From an uncultured delta proteobacterium (GTDB lineage Bacteria > Myxococcota_A > Polyangia > Polyangiales > Polyangiaceae), in contig CAWAIF010000003.1 in the NCBI GenBank assembly GCA_963782055.1, forward strand, positions 6,048,001 to 6,112,000: a stretch of 64,000 nucleotides of DNA, read 5' to 3'. Each line of letters begins with the position of its first letter. Within the stretch, counting starts at the first letter, position 1. The notes below the pieces were generated by a model that did no database searches, had not been told where the DNA came from, and saw only the letters and a list, made by a program, of their open reading frames with translations. Positions 26,157-35,819 of this stretch are shown piece after piece. Made by a program: the position numbers and the translations under genes.

Positions 26157-27455
26157 ATGCTCGCGTCGTTCTCCGTCGCGAATTTCAAGAGTTACAAGCT
26201 CGCCAAGCTGCCGCTGGCGCCGCTCACGGTGCTCGTCGGCGCGAACGCATCGGGGAAGAGCAACCTGATCGAGGCGATGCAGCTCCTTTCGTGGCTCGCG
26301 CATGGTCGGCGCTTGCCCGACCTCTCGGCGGCGATGAAGGCGGGTGAGGTCGCGATCCGCGGGCTACTACCCGACCTCCCCCTCGATCCCTCTCTTCCCA
26401 TCTGCCTTGGCTGCGAGCTCGACGAGCCCGGAGGGCCTCGCCTCGAGCTGGAACTCCGCACCGATAACGGCGGCCCGCGCATCGTGGGCGAAGAGCTGCT
26501 AGTGGACGACGAAGCGTCGAGTGTCCCCTACTACTACCGCATCGATGCGCCTGCTCCGGAGCATGGCAGCGAAGTCCAGGTCGCCTACAACAACTTCTCC
26601 CGCGGCAAGAACAAGCCTCACATTGCGTGCGTCGATCAGCAGGCGATCTTCACCCAGCTCCTGACGCCGGCCAGGTTCGCGAACGAGACGTCGCAGCAGA
26701 AGATCCCGACCGCGGCCACAACCGTCGCGAGCGCGCTCGCCTCGACGCTCTTCCTCGACCCGAACCCGAAGGAGATGCGAGGGTGGGCCTATGCCGACGA
26801 GCAAGAGCTGCGCGGTAGCGGCGCCAACGTCTCCTCGACGTTGAATCGCCTCTGCAACCAGGGCCAGAAGGAAGCGATCCTCTCCTTCGTGCGGGCGCTG
26901 CCCGAGCAAGACATCACTGACATCGGGTTCCTCACGACGGCACGGAACGAGGTGATGGTTCAGCTCACCGAAACCTTCGGTGGGCGCCTGGGGAGCTCGG
27001 ATGCGGCCGTGCTCTCCGACGGAACCCTCCGCGTCCTCGCGGTTGCGGCCGCAGTTCTCTCGGTGGACGAAGGGTCGCTCGTGGTCATCGAGGAGATCGA
27101 CAATGGGGTACACCCGAACCGGGCGCAGATGCTCCTCGAGGCGCTCCATACCACCGCGCGCAAGCGGAACCTTCGGGTCCTACTCACCACGCACAACCCC
27201 GCCCTCGCCGACGCCACGCCAAAGCGGGCGATCCCCGACGTGGTCGCCTGCTATCGCGATCCGGAGTCAGGGCTGAGCTGCTTGCAGCGCCTGTCCGACC
27301 TCGAGGACTACGCGGCCCTCGTGGCGCAGGGACCGCTCGGGTTCCTCCTGCAGAGCGGGACGCTGGACCGGTATCTCAAGCGACAACGAGACGGAACAGC
27401 GCGCGAGCGCGAGAGCCAGGAGGTGTTGCAGCTCTTCCGCAGGATGGGGCAGTGA
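26157..27455 (+). CDS. ABC-type ATPase of the AAA_21/AbiEii-like group
   Basis: NFKSY, Walker A GANASGKSN, signature LSDGTLR, Walker B VIEEIDNGVHP, H-loop LTTHNP; no transmembrane segments. Confidence 0.9.
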   Translation: MLASFSVANFKSYKLAKLPLAPLTVLVGANASGKSNLIEAMQLLSWLAHGRRLPDLSAAMKAGEVAIRGLLPDLPLDPSLPICLGCELDEPGGPRLELELRTDNGGPRIVGEELLVDDEASSVPYYYRIDAPAPEHGSEVQVAYNNFSRGKNKPHIACVDQQAIFTQLLTPARFANETSQQKIPTAATTVASALASTLFLDPNPKEMRGWAYADEQELRGSGANVSSTLNRLCNQGQKEAILSFVRALPEQDITDIGFLTTARNEVMVQLTETFGGRLGSSDAAVLSDGTLRVLAVAAAVLSVDEGSLVVIEEIDNGVHPNRAQMLLEALHTTARKRNLRVLLTTHNPALADATPKRAIPDVVACYRDPESGLSCLQRLSDLEDYAALVAQGPLGFLLQSGTLDRYLKRQRDGTARERESQEVLQLFRRMGQ

Positions 27456-27901
27456 CGATCTGCATCGTCGACACCAGCATCCTCGACGAGCTGCTCAACG
27501 TACCCGGAAAGGCGAACCACCACGTGGAGACGCTCAAGGACTACGAGGCGAAGCAGAAAGGGAGAGAGCAGTTCCTGGTGCCCGTGGCGGTGATGATCGA
27601 GACGGGGAACCACATCGCGCACGCGAGCGAGGGCGATGTACGTCGCAGTCGCGCGGAGGCCTTCGTGGAATTCGTGCGACGGGCACTTGATGGCACGAGC
27701 CCGTTCACTCCCACGCCGTTCCCGGACGACGCGGCGCTACGCAGTTGGCTCGGCGACTTCCCGGATCATGCGATGCGCAGGATCGGTCTGGCCGATCGGA
27801 GCCTCATCGCGCTGTGGCACGAGCAACAGGAGCTCCATCGCCGGAGGCGTGTGTACATCTGGGCGCTGGATGCGGAACTGGCCTCGCGGGACACCGGGTG
27901 A
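27452..27901 (+). CDS. PIN-domain nuclease
   Basis: GTGA overlap with the ATPase stop. IVDTSIL, IETGNHI, GLADRSL and IWALDAEL supply the four acidic positions typical of PIN. Confidence 0.75.
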   Translation: MTICIVDTSILDELLNVPGKANHHVETLKDYEAKQKGREQFLVPVAVMIETGNHIAHASEGDVRRSRAEAFVEFVRRALDGTSPFTPTPFPDDAALRSWLGDFPDHAMRRIGLADRSLIALWHEQQELHRRRRVYIWALDAELASRDTG

Positions 27902-28142
27902 GCACCTCAAGTCTGGCGCGCCGCTCCACCAATCTGGCGCGTGCAATCCCCATTCACGGGACCCGCACCGACGAACACCATCCTCCCCGTGTGGCGCGCG
28001 GAGCGCGACACCGTGGGGAGGACGCGCGCGCGCAGGGCCCACGCGCAAGCCCGCGTGCGCGCCGGATGGTGTGCACCATGCACATCGCCGGCGGCGCGCG
28101 CGCGGGCGAGCATGGGCCCGAGCACGCGCGAGGAGGGGCCTC

Positions 28143-29066
28143 CTACTCCCCGCTCCCCCCCCGCGCGACCTGCAGCTCCGGCGGCTTGATCGCCACGCGC
28201 GATCCCGCCGGCACGCTCTGCGTCATGAAGACGGAGCCGCCCACCACCGTGCCGGCGCCCAGCGTCGTCTCGCCGCCCAGCACCGTCGCGTTGGCGTAGA
28301 CCGTCACGTGATCCTCCACCGTGGGGTGCCGCTTGGTGTTGCGGATGACGCGGCCGCGCTCGTCGCGCGGGTGCGAGAGCGCGCCGAGGGTCACGCCCTG
28401 GTAGAGCTTCACGTGATCGCCGATCTCCGTCGTCTCCCCGACGACGACGCCCGTCGCGTGATCGATGAAGAAGGAGCCGCCCACGCTGGCGCCGGGGTGG
28501 ATGTCGGCGCCGGTGGTGGCGTGCGCCCACTCCGTCATGATGCGCGGCATCAGCGGGATCCCCATCTCGTGAAGCTCGTGGGCGATGCGGTAGACGGTGA
28601 CGGCGAGCATCCCCGGGTACGCGAGGATGACCTCGTCCAGGTTGGTGGCGGCGGGATCGCCGTCGAAGGCGGCCTGCACGTCGTCGAGCAGGCATGCACG
28701 CACCTCGGGAAGCCGGGCGAGCAGACGTCCGGCGAGCTGCCGCGCCGCCGCCGCGCAGTCCTGCTCCGAGAGGGTGCCCTCGTTCTCGGCCGCGTAGCAG
28801 AGACACTGGCCGATCTGCCGCGTGAGCTTCTCCCGCAGCGTCGTCAGGAGCACGCCCACGTGGTAGCCCACGTTCTCGTCGGTGAGGTCCTGCCTGCCGT
28901 AGTAGCCGGGGTAAAAGAGCTGCAGGTAAAGCTCCAGGATGGCGATGATCTCGTCGCGGGAGGGCAAGAACCGGCGGTTGATGTGGTGGGCGCGGGGGTC
29001 GCCGCGGTAGCTCGCGAGCAGCGCGTCGACGAGCGCCGGGAGCTCGGTGGACTCGGTGGGGTTCAT
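28143..29066 (-). CDS. cysE: serine O-acetyltransferase (CysE/EpsC type)
   Basis: GDPAA..EVILAYPG..YRIAHEL, DIHPGA, FFIDHATGVVVGET, YQGVTLGA, KRHPT. Confidence 0.92.
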   Translation of the reverse strand: MNPTESTELPALVDALLASYRGDPRAHHINRRFLPSRDEIIAILELYLQLFYPGYYGRQDLTDENVGYHVGVLLTTLREKLTRQIGQCLCYAAENEGTLSEQDCAAAARQLAGRLLARLPEVRACLLDDVQAAFDGDPAATNLDEVILAYPGMLAVTVYRIAHELHEMGIPLMPRIMTEWAHATTGADIHPGASVGGSFFIDHATGVVVGETTEIGDHVKLYQGVTLGALSHPRDERGRVIRNTKRHPTVEDHVTVYANATVLGGETTLGAGTVVGGSVFMTQSVPAGSRVAIKPPELQVARGGSGE

Positions 29067-29101
29067 CGGGCCGCAGCTTAGCCCGATCGGGAGGAGGCCG
29101 C

Positions 29102-29653
29102 TCAGGCGGGCCGCACCGCCGGCACGCTCCGGGAGCTGCGGAGCGTGCGCATGGTCATGGCGCGGACGATGGCCATGCCGAAGGAGCGCGCCACGTCCGG
29201 GTCGCGCGCGGTGATCAGGTTGCGGTCGATCATCAGACGCCGCGGGGCCACGAGCGCCCCCGCCCGCTCCAGCTCGGCGACCTCGGTGGGGTACGCGGTG
29301 ACACGCCGGCCCGCGAGGAGCCCCGCGTTCGCCAGGATGACCGGGGCGATGCAGATCGCCGCGACCACCTTGCCCGCGGCGAAGAGCTCGCGGGCGGCGT
29401 GGAGCGCGGCCGGGTCGGCGAAGAGCTCCCTGGCGCCCGGCCCGCCGATGAAGGCGACGGCGTCGAAGGTGCTCGCGTCGACGGCATCCAGGGCCTCGGC
29501 GGTCACGGTGCCGCCGCGCGTGCCGGTGCACTCGCCGGCGGAGCGGCTCGCCACGACACACTGGTGCCCGGCACCCTCCAAAGCCTCCCTCGTCTTGAAG
29601 AACTCCTCGTCGCGGAAGCCCTGTCGTGCGACGACCAGCAACACCTTCGCCAT
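29102..29653 (-). CDS. DJ-1/PfpI family protein
   Basis: GFRDEE, FDAVAFIGGPGA, VAAICIAPVILANAGLL.GRRVT. Confidence 0.9.
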   Translation of the reverse strand: MAKVLLVVARQGFRDEEFFKTREALEGAGHQCVVASRSAGECTGTRGGTVTAEALDAVDASTFDAVAFIGGPGARELFADPAALHAARELFAAGKVVAAICIAPVILANAGLLAGRRVTAYPTEVAELERAGALVAPRRLMIDRNLITARDPDVARSFGMAIVRAMTMRTLRSSRSVPAVRPA

Positions 29654-29782
29654 GGGTGCACCTCGTCGCGCGGGGCTTGCGAGCGCCATACCATCCCGAG
29701 AAACCTCGCAAGGCGAGCTCCGGACGGGCGCAGGCGGTGCGCCTCGTGGCGAAAGGAGTGTTGCCCTCGCCGCGGCCGCCCC

Positions 29783-30175
29783 TCACTCCGCGGCAGCGTC
29801 CGCCGCCGCGTCGTCGGCCGGGGCCGCGTCGTCGACCAGGGCCGCGTCGTCCGCCCCGGCGTCGTCCGGCTCCGCCGCGTTCTCGCACTCGTCGGCAATC
29901 TGGCAGGTCTCCGCCTGGCCGACGCACACCCGGTGCGTGTCGTCGAAGACGGTGTCGCAGTAGCCGCCGGCGTCCTCCAGGGTGCAGTCGAGCGGCCTCA
30001 CCCCGCAGAGCTGCTCCAGCCGGTCGCACACCTGGGCGCACGTGGGCGGGGCGTCGGTGGAGCCCACCTTCGGCACCTGGCTGCCGTCGATCCCCCCGGC
30101 GTCCCCGCAGCCGGCGAGGAGCGCGAGGGCCGCCACCACCACCACCGCGCCCCCCGTGCATCGCCATCCGCTCAC
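29783..30175 (-). CDS. small Cys-rich lipoprotein with acidic DDAA tail
   Basis: Lipobox LLAGC, TCAQVCDRL..C..C; GTG start 7 nt after TATGCT. Confidence 0.65.
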   Translation of the reverse strand: MSGWRCTGGAVVVVAALALLAGCGDAGGIDGSQVPKVGSTDAPPTCAQVCDRLEQLCGVRPLDCTLEDAGGYCDTVFDDTHRVCVGQAETCQIADECENAAEPDDAGADDAALVDDAAPADDAAADAAAE

Positions 30176-30329
30176 CAGGGCCAGCATAGGCGGCGCCGGC
30201 GGGCCATGGCCACCCGCGAAACTAGCGGCACCGTGGCGTGGCGCCATGGTACTTTGTCCCCCGGTGCCCCACACGCGGGGCGGACAAGACCATGGCGAAG
30301 CATTGGGGGCGACCAGCGGGGGGACGCCG

Positions 30330-30791
30330 GTGAACGGCGCTGATCCCACCGTGGTGCCCGACCCCTCCCCGCAATCCTCCCCTACCCTCCGCGGCGGCTC
30401 GGTGGAGACACTCCCGCCCCCGCGACCTCGCCGCAGGAAGCGCCTTCCGGCGGCCGTCCTGCTGGCCGGAGGGATCGCCCTGCTCGGGCTGGGAAGCGCC
30501 CTCGCCGCGCTCGTCATCCGCGTCGTCGCGCCCCCCGTCGGGCTGGCGCCCGCCGCCCCCATCTCCACCGGCTCGGTCGCGGCGCGGGTCGACCCGTCCG
30601 CCGCTTCCCTGGCGCCGAGCGCGAGCGTCGCCCAGCCGAGCGCGGTGGTGTCGGCCACCCCACCACCCACCGCCACGGCGCATCACCTGTCCCGCGGCGG
30701 CACGCCCGCGCACTTCCACCCCCACCCCACGGCCAGACCGAAGGGCGGGACGGGCAGCGGGCCCAACCTGGACATCCAGCGCGAGCGCTGA
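30330..30791 (+). CDS. single-pass membrane protein with Pro/Ala/Ser-rich tail
   Basis: RRRKR followed by a hydrophobic helix and a low-complexity tail ending NLDIQRER. Start uncertain. Confidence 0.55.
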   Translation: MNGADPTVVPDPSPQSSPTLRGGSVETLPPPRPRRRKRLPAAVLLAGGIALLGLGSALAALVIRVVAPPVGLAPAAPISTGSVAARVDPSAASLAPSASVAQPSAVVSATPPPTATAHHLSRGGTPAHFHPHPTARPKGGTGSGPNLDIQRER

Positions 30792-30808
30792 GCAGAGCAC
30801 GCCACGGA

Positions 30809-33800
30809 ATGACACGCCGCCCGCGCCGGACCTCCTTGACGCATCGACGATGGGCCCGCCTCGCGTGCGCGCTCCTGCTCGCCCTCGGCTTCTCCCTCGC
30901 CGCCGCGCGGCCCGCCCGCGCCGACAACCTCGCCGACGAGGCGGACCTGCAGTTCCAGCTCGGCGCCGACGCCTACGAGAAGGCCGACTTCAAGGTGGCT
31001 CTCGAGCACTTCCTCACGTCCAACCGGCTCGTCCCCAACCGCAACGTCCTGTTCAACATCGCGCGGACCTACGAGCAGCTCCACGAGGCGCCCGACGCCT
31101 ACCGCTACTACGTCGACGCCCTGGCCGGCGAGACGCGCGCGGCGCAGGTCCGGCGCATCCACGACGCCCTGGCCCGCGTCGCGCCGAGCGTCGCGGTGCT
31201 GAAGGTGATCACCCAGCCCCCCGGCGCCACCGTGTACCTCGACCGCAAGGACCTCGGCCCGCGCGGCAACACGCCGGCGGATCTGGGCCTCCCCTCCGGC
31301 CACCACAAGGTCATCGTGGAGCTCGCCGGCTACGAGACGGCGATCCAGGACAGCGTGGAGGTGAAGGTCGGCAAGCAGACGCGCGTGGAGATGCGCCTGG
31401 TGCCCATCCTGGGCACCGTCCACGTCGGCGGCGAGCCCGGCGCGCAGGTGCGCATCGACAGCGAGGACTCGCCGGTCAAGTGCACCGTCCCGTGCTCCAC
31501 GCAGATCCCGCCTGGCCGCCACGCGGTCATCGTCTCCAAGGAGGGCTACCAGACGCTGGATCTGCCCATCAACCTGCCGCCGCGGGGCGCGGTCACGGTG
31601 CGCGCGCGCATGGCGACGGTGACCGGCTCGGTGGTGGTCAACACCGACATCCACGACGCGCTCATCACGGTGGACGGCCAGCCCAGCGGGTTCACGCCGG
31701 CGGTCATCAACGTGCCCATCGGGACGCACACGCTCCGCGTGACGCTCTCCGGCTTCCGGCCCATCGAGAAGACCATCGTGGTGCGCAAGGGCGCGCAGGT
31801 GAAGCTGGACCTGCAGCTGAGCACCCTGGAGGAGGTGAGCGCGGCCTCCCGCTTCACCGAGTCCATCCAGGACGCGCCCGCGTCGGTCACCGTCATCACG
31901 CAGCAGGAGCTGCGGGCGATGGCGTACCCCACCATCGCCGAGGCCATCCGCGGCATCCGCGGCATGTACCTCTCGTACGACACCAGCTACGACACCATCG
32001 GCGTGCGCGGCTTCTCACGCCCCGGGGACTACGGCAACCGCATCCTGGTGCTCGTCGACGGCCACCCGGCGAACGACGACTACATCTGGTCGTCGTACGT
32101 GGGCTACGACGGCCGCGTCGACATCGACGACGTGGAGCGCATCGAGGTGGTGCGCGGCCCGGGGTCGGTGCTCTACGGCACCAGCGCCTTCTTCGGCGTC
32201 ATCAACCTGGTCACCCGCTCGCGCGACCAGCCGACGCACGTGGAGGCGAGCCTGTCGACCGCCGGCTACGGCGTCGGCCGCGCCAAGGCCACGGGCTACT
32301 GGCGCATCAGCAAGGACGCCGGCGTCTGGACGTCGGTCTCCGGCGCGCACGCCCTCGGCCGCGACTACTACTTCGAGGAGCTGCGCGACAATCCGCGCGG
32401 CACCCCCGACCCGAGCGACCCCACGCAGACCATCCCCCCGCGCACCGACTACTACGGCAAGCCCTACGACGGCTGGGCGCGCGGCGTCGACGGCTTCGAC
32501 GCCGGGATGATCAACGGACGCTTCTGGTGGAAGTCGCTGACGGTGCAGTGGTTCATCAACACCCGCAAGAAGACCCTGCCCTCGACGGAGTACGAGACCG
32601 TCCTGAACGACCCGCGCGACCAGTTCACCGACACGCGCGGCTTCGTCGAGGCGCGCTTCGAGCCGCGCCTGTCCAGGACGGTGCAGCTCTTCGCGCGCGC
32701 GCACCTGGACATGTACGACTTCAACGACTACCTCGGCTACCCGAGCTGGCAGCAGGACCCGACGAGCCGCGGCTCCAGCCGCGACACCTACCGCGGCCGG
32801 TGGGGCGGCCTGGAGGCGCGGGTGCAGCTCACCCCGGTGAAGCAGCTCCGGCTGATGGCGGGCGGCGCCTTCATCCAGCACTTCGAGACCTTCCAGCGCG
32901 GCGTGGACGACATCGGCCCCTACGTCTTCGACGACGCGCGCAACCCCTCGCGCAACGACCCGTTCTACGTCGCCGCCGGGTACGTCAACGCCGACATCAC
33001 GCCGGTCAAGGCGCTCAAGATCACCGCCGGCGCGCGCCTGGACTATTACGAGTCGGTCCACAACTTCCAGTTCCTCGACGCCTTCAACCCCCGCCTCGCC
33101 TTCGTGATCAAGCCGTACCCGCGCGGGACGGTGAAGATCCTGGCGGGTAAGGCCTTCCGCGCCCCCAGCGTCTACGAGCTCTACTACACCGCCGACACGC
33201 AGATCGGGGCGCCGAACCTGACGCCGGAGCAGGTCTACTCCGGCGAGGTGGAGCTCTCGCACCGCTTCACCAGCACGCTGGTGGGCACGGTGGCGGGCTA
33301 CGTCAACGGCGTGACCAACCTGATCGAGCTGGTGGACGTGGTCGACCCGCGCGACGGCGCGACGAAGAATCAGTACCGCAACTCCCCCTTCCCCGTGCTC
33401 GTCGGCGGCGCGGAGGTGGAGGTCCGCCGGGAGTGGCGGGGCGGATGGATGCTCTCCGTCACCGGCAGCGTGCAGAAGGCGCAGTATCTGAACCGCGAGG
33501 AGACGCTCGCCGGGGTGACGGGCGCCGACTGCGCGGCGATCGCCGGGACGGAGACGGCGGGCGGGTGCCGGGCCACGGCGGTCCGCGACGTCCCCAACTC
33601 GCCGCTGCTGCTCGGAGCCATCAAGGGCGCCGTGCCCATCCTGGGGCGCACGCTGATGCTCATGTCGCGCCTCACCTTCGAGGGCGCCCGCGAGGACAAC
33701 AGCTTCGCGGCCTACGACCGCAGCACCTCACCGCCGGAGCCGCTACCCGCGCAGGGCTCCACCAACCCCGGGCTGGTCTGGGACCTGGTCTTCTCCGGGG

Positions 33801-33949
33801 AGGCGGAGCGCCTGGGCGTCCGCTGGGCGGTGGGCGCCTACAACCTGATGGACTGGAAGTACGAGGCCGTCCCCAGCAGCGAGTTCACCCAGCGGACCAT
33901 CGTGCAGAACGGGCGGACCTTCCTGGCGTCGGTCACCGCCTCCTTTTGA
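30809..33949 (+). CDS. TonB-dependent receptor with N-terminal TPR and PEGA domains
   Basis: Signal peptide, TPR (VLFNIARTYEQL), three PEGA-like repeats (PPGATVYLD, LPSGHH, IPPGRH, VPIGTH), plug motifs APASVTVIT and VERIEVVRGPGSVLYG, C-terminal Phe. Confidence 0.92.
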   Translation: MTRRPRRTSLTHRRWARLACALLLALGFSLAAARPARADNLADEADLQFQLGADAYEKADFKVALEHFLTSNRLVPNRNVLFNIARTYEQLHEAPDAYRYYVDALAGETRAAQVRRIHDALARVAPSVAVLKVITQPPGATVYLDRKDLGPRGNTPADLGLPSGHHKVIVELAGYETAIQDSVEVKVGKQTRVEMRLVPILGTVHVGGEPGAQVRIDSEDSPVKCTVPCSTQIPPGRHAVIVSKEGYQTLDLPINLPPRGAVTVRARMATVTGSVVVNTDIHDALITVDGQPSGFTPAVINVPIGTHTLRVTLSGFRPIEKTIVVRKGAQVKLDLQLSTLEEVSAASRFTESIQDAPASVTVITQQELRAMAYPTIAEAIRGIRGMYLSYDTSYDTIGVRGFSRPGDYGNRILVLVDGHPANDDYIWSSYVGYDGRVDIDDVERIEVVRGPGSVLYGTSAFFGVINLVTRSRDQPTHVEASLSTAGYGVGRAKATGYWRISKDAGVWTSVSGAHALGRDYYFEELRDNPRGTPDPSDPTQTIPPRTDYYGKPYDGWARGVDGFDAGMINGRFWWKSLTVQWFINTRKKTLPSTEYETVLNDPRDQFTDTRGFVEARFEPRLSRTVQLFARAHLDMYDFNDYLGYPSWQQDPTSRGSSRDTYRGRWGGLEARVQLTPVKQLRLMAGGAFIQHFETFQRGVDDIGPYVFDDARNPSRNDPFYVAAGYVNADITPVKALKITAGARLDYYESVHNFQFLDAFNPRLAFVIKPYPRGTVKILAGKAFRAPSVYELYYTADTQIGAPNLTPEQVYSGEVELSHRFTSTLVGTVAGYVNGVTNLIELVDVVDPRDGATKNQYRNSPFPVLVGGAEVEVRREWRGGWMLSVTGSVQKAQYLNREETLAGVTGADCAAIAGTETAGGCRATAVRDVPNSPLLLGAIKGAVPILGRTLMLMSRLTFEGAREDNSFAAYDRSTSPPEPLPAQGSTNPGLVWDLVFSGEAERLGVRWAVGAYNLMDWKYEAVPSSEFTQRTIVQNGRTFLASVTASF

Positions 33950-33993
33950 CGCGCTGCGTGTAAGGCGGGCGGGCGCGGGCGCGTTGGAGGGGC

Positions 33994-34725
33994 ATGCGCC
34001 ACCTTCTCCTTCCCCTTCTCTTCGCCGCTTCCATCGGGTGCGGCACCTCCGTCTACATGCCCAGCCAGGTCGCCCACTTCGATCCGGACGGGCCGGCCAC
34101 CGAGATCGACGACCAGGACGTCGCCAAGGCCTTCGCGGCGCGGCCGCAGCTCGGCGACAGGCTGAACGTCGCCTACTTCAGCTTCGACGCGAGCAAGAAC
34201 GCCGACGTCGAGCGCGTGCTGCACGCCATCCCGGGCGTGGGCAGCGTCTACTCCATCCCCGCGCTCGCCGTGACGGGCGCCAGGCGCTTCGACGCGCCCG
34301 CGCCGGAGTGGCAGGCCCCGCCCGCGCGCCCCTTCAGCATGAAGAAGCTCCGGCTTCTGGCGGCGCGCGCGCACTGCGACGTGGTGGTGGTGGTGGACTA
34401 CGGCTACCGCACCGACGTCTCGGCCAACGGGCTCGCCGCCTTCGACGCCCTGCTCGTCCCGGCGCTCTTCCTCCCCTTCCGCGACGTGAAGGTCCAGAGC
34501 TACGTCGACGCCTTCCTGGTCGACACCCGCAACGGCTACCTGTACGGCGAGACGACGAGCAACCACCAGGACGAGAAGAAGTTCCAGACCCTCTACGCCG
34601 ACGACTCCGGCGTCGTCGCCGCGCAGTGGGACACGCTGAAGACGGAGCTCCAGGACTCGCTGGTGAAGGTGGTGGAGGCCGAGCGCTCGAGGGCGAAGGT
34701 CGTCGCCCCCGACGCCGCGAAGTGA
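33994..34725 (+). CDS. hypothetical lipoprotein
   Basis: GGAGGG RBS, lipobox ASIGC, VDTRNGYLY. Confidence 0.75.
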   Translation: MRHLLLPLLFAASIGCGTSVYMPSQVAHFDPDGPATEIDDQDVAKAFAARPQLGDRLNVAYFSFDASKNADVERVLHAIPGVGSVYSIPALAVTGARRFDAPAPEWQAPPARPFSMKKLRLLAARAHCDVVVVVDYGYRTDVSANGLAAFDALLVPALFLPFRDVKVQSYVDAFLVDTRNGYLYGETTSNHQDEKKFQTLYADDSGVVAAQWDTLKTELQDSLVKVVEAERSRAKVVAPDAAK

Positions 34726-34771
34726 CCGGTGCTTCCCGCGGCCACCGGCGGCGGGTACCCTCGGCGGCGCG

Positions 34772-35815
34772 ATGCCCGACCTCGACGATGGCCACACGAC
34801 GCAGGTGAAGGGCTCCGGCTCCGCGGTCTACACGCTGAAGAACAGCGGCGGCGTGTACTCGTGCACCTGCCCGGCGTGGATGCACCAGTCGGTCACCATC
34901 GAGCGTCGCACCTGCAAGCACCTGCGCGCCTTCCGCGGGGAGGAAGCGGAGAAGGCGCGCGTCGGCGCCCTTCCGGAGAAGAAGGCGAGGCCCGCCCGCG
35001 CCGGCGAGGCCGGAGATGCGGGGGCCGAGCCGCCGCTCCTGCTCGCGCACAAGTGGGCGATGGACATCGAGCTCGAGGGCTGGTGGATGAGCGAGAAGCT
35101 GGACGGCGTGCGGGCCTTCTGGGACGGCAAGCAGTTCGTCTCCCGGCTGGGCAACGTCTTCTTCGCGCCGGACTGGTTCGTCGGGGACCTGCCCGCCACG
35201 CCGCTCGACGGCGAGCTGTGGGGCGGCCGCAAGACCTTCCAGCGCACCGTCGGGATCGTGAAGCGGCAGGACAGGCCCCCGCAGTGGAAGGACCTCCGCT
35301 ACGTCGTCTTCGACGCGCCGGAGCACGGCGGCGAGTTCGAGGAGCGCCTCGCGCGGGTGAAGGAGCTGCTGGAGGGCAAGGCCGCGTACGCGAACGTCCA
35401 CCCCCACGAGGTGTGCCGCGGGGTGGACCACCTCAAGGAAGAGCTCGCGCGGGTGGAGGCGCTCGGGGGCGAGGGGCTGATGCTGCGCAAGCCGCGCAGC
35501 AAGTACGAGGCGGGGCGCAGCCACACCCTGCTGAAGGTCAAGACGTTCCACGACGCGGAGGCGCGCGTGGTCGAGCACGTCGCCGGGAGGGGACGCCACA
35601 AGGGCCGGCTGGGCGCGCTGCTCGTGGAGCTGGAGGACGGCACGCGCTTCAACGTGGGCACCGGGTTCTCCGACAGGGAGCGCGAGCACCCTCCGGCGGT
35701 CGGCGCCATCATCACCTTCCGCTACCAGGAGCTGTCGGAGGGCGGCGTACCGCGCTTCCCCACCTACGTCGGCGAGCGCGTCGACGCGAAGTTCGTCTCG
35801 AAGGCGAGGGGCTAG
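34772..35815 (+). CDS. ATP-dependent DNA ligase with N-terminal SWIM zinc finger
   Basis: SWIM CTC..CKH; ligase motifs SEKLDGVR, LDGELW, FDAP, GEGLMLR, LLKVK; OB fold GTGFSD..ITFRYQ..GVPRFP. Confidence 0.92.
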   Translation: MPDLDDGHTTQVKGSGSAVYTLKNSGGVYSCTCPAWMHQSVTIERRTCKHLRAFRGEEAEKARVGALPEKKARPARAGEAGDAGAEPPLLLAHKWAMDIELEGWWMSEKLDGVRAFWDGKQFVSRLGNVFFAPDWFVGDLPATPLDGELWGGRKTFQRTVGIVKRQDRPPQWKDLRYVVFDAPEHGGEFEERLARVKELLEGKAAYANVHPHEVCRGVDHLKEELARVEALGGEGLMLRKPRSKYEAGRSHTLLKVKTFHDAEARVVEHVAGRGRHKGRLGALLVELEDGTRFNVGTGFSDREREHPPAVGAIITFRYQELSEGGVPRFPTYVGERVDAKFVSKARG

Positions 35816-35819
35816 CGCT

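Noticed and set aside
26081..28142. Mobile-element boundaries around the ATPase-PIN pair
   Set aside because: I could not identify terminal repeats, a target-site duplication, an integrase or a tRNA.
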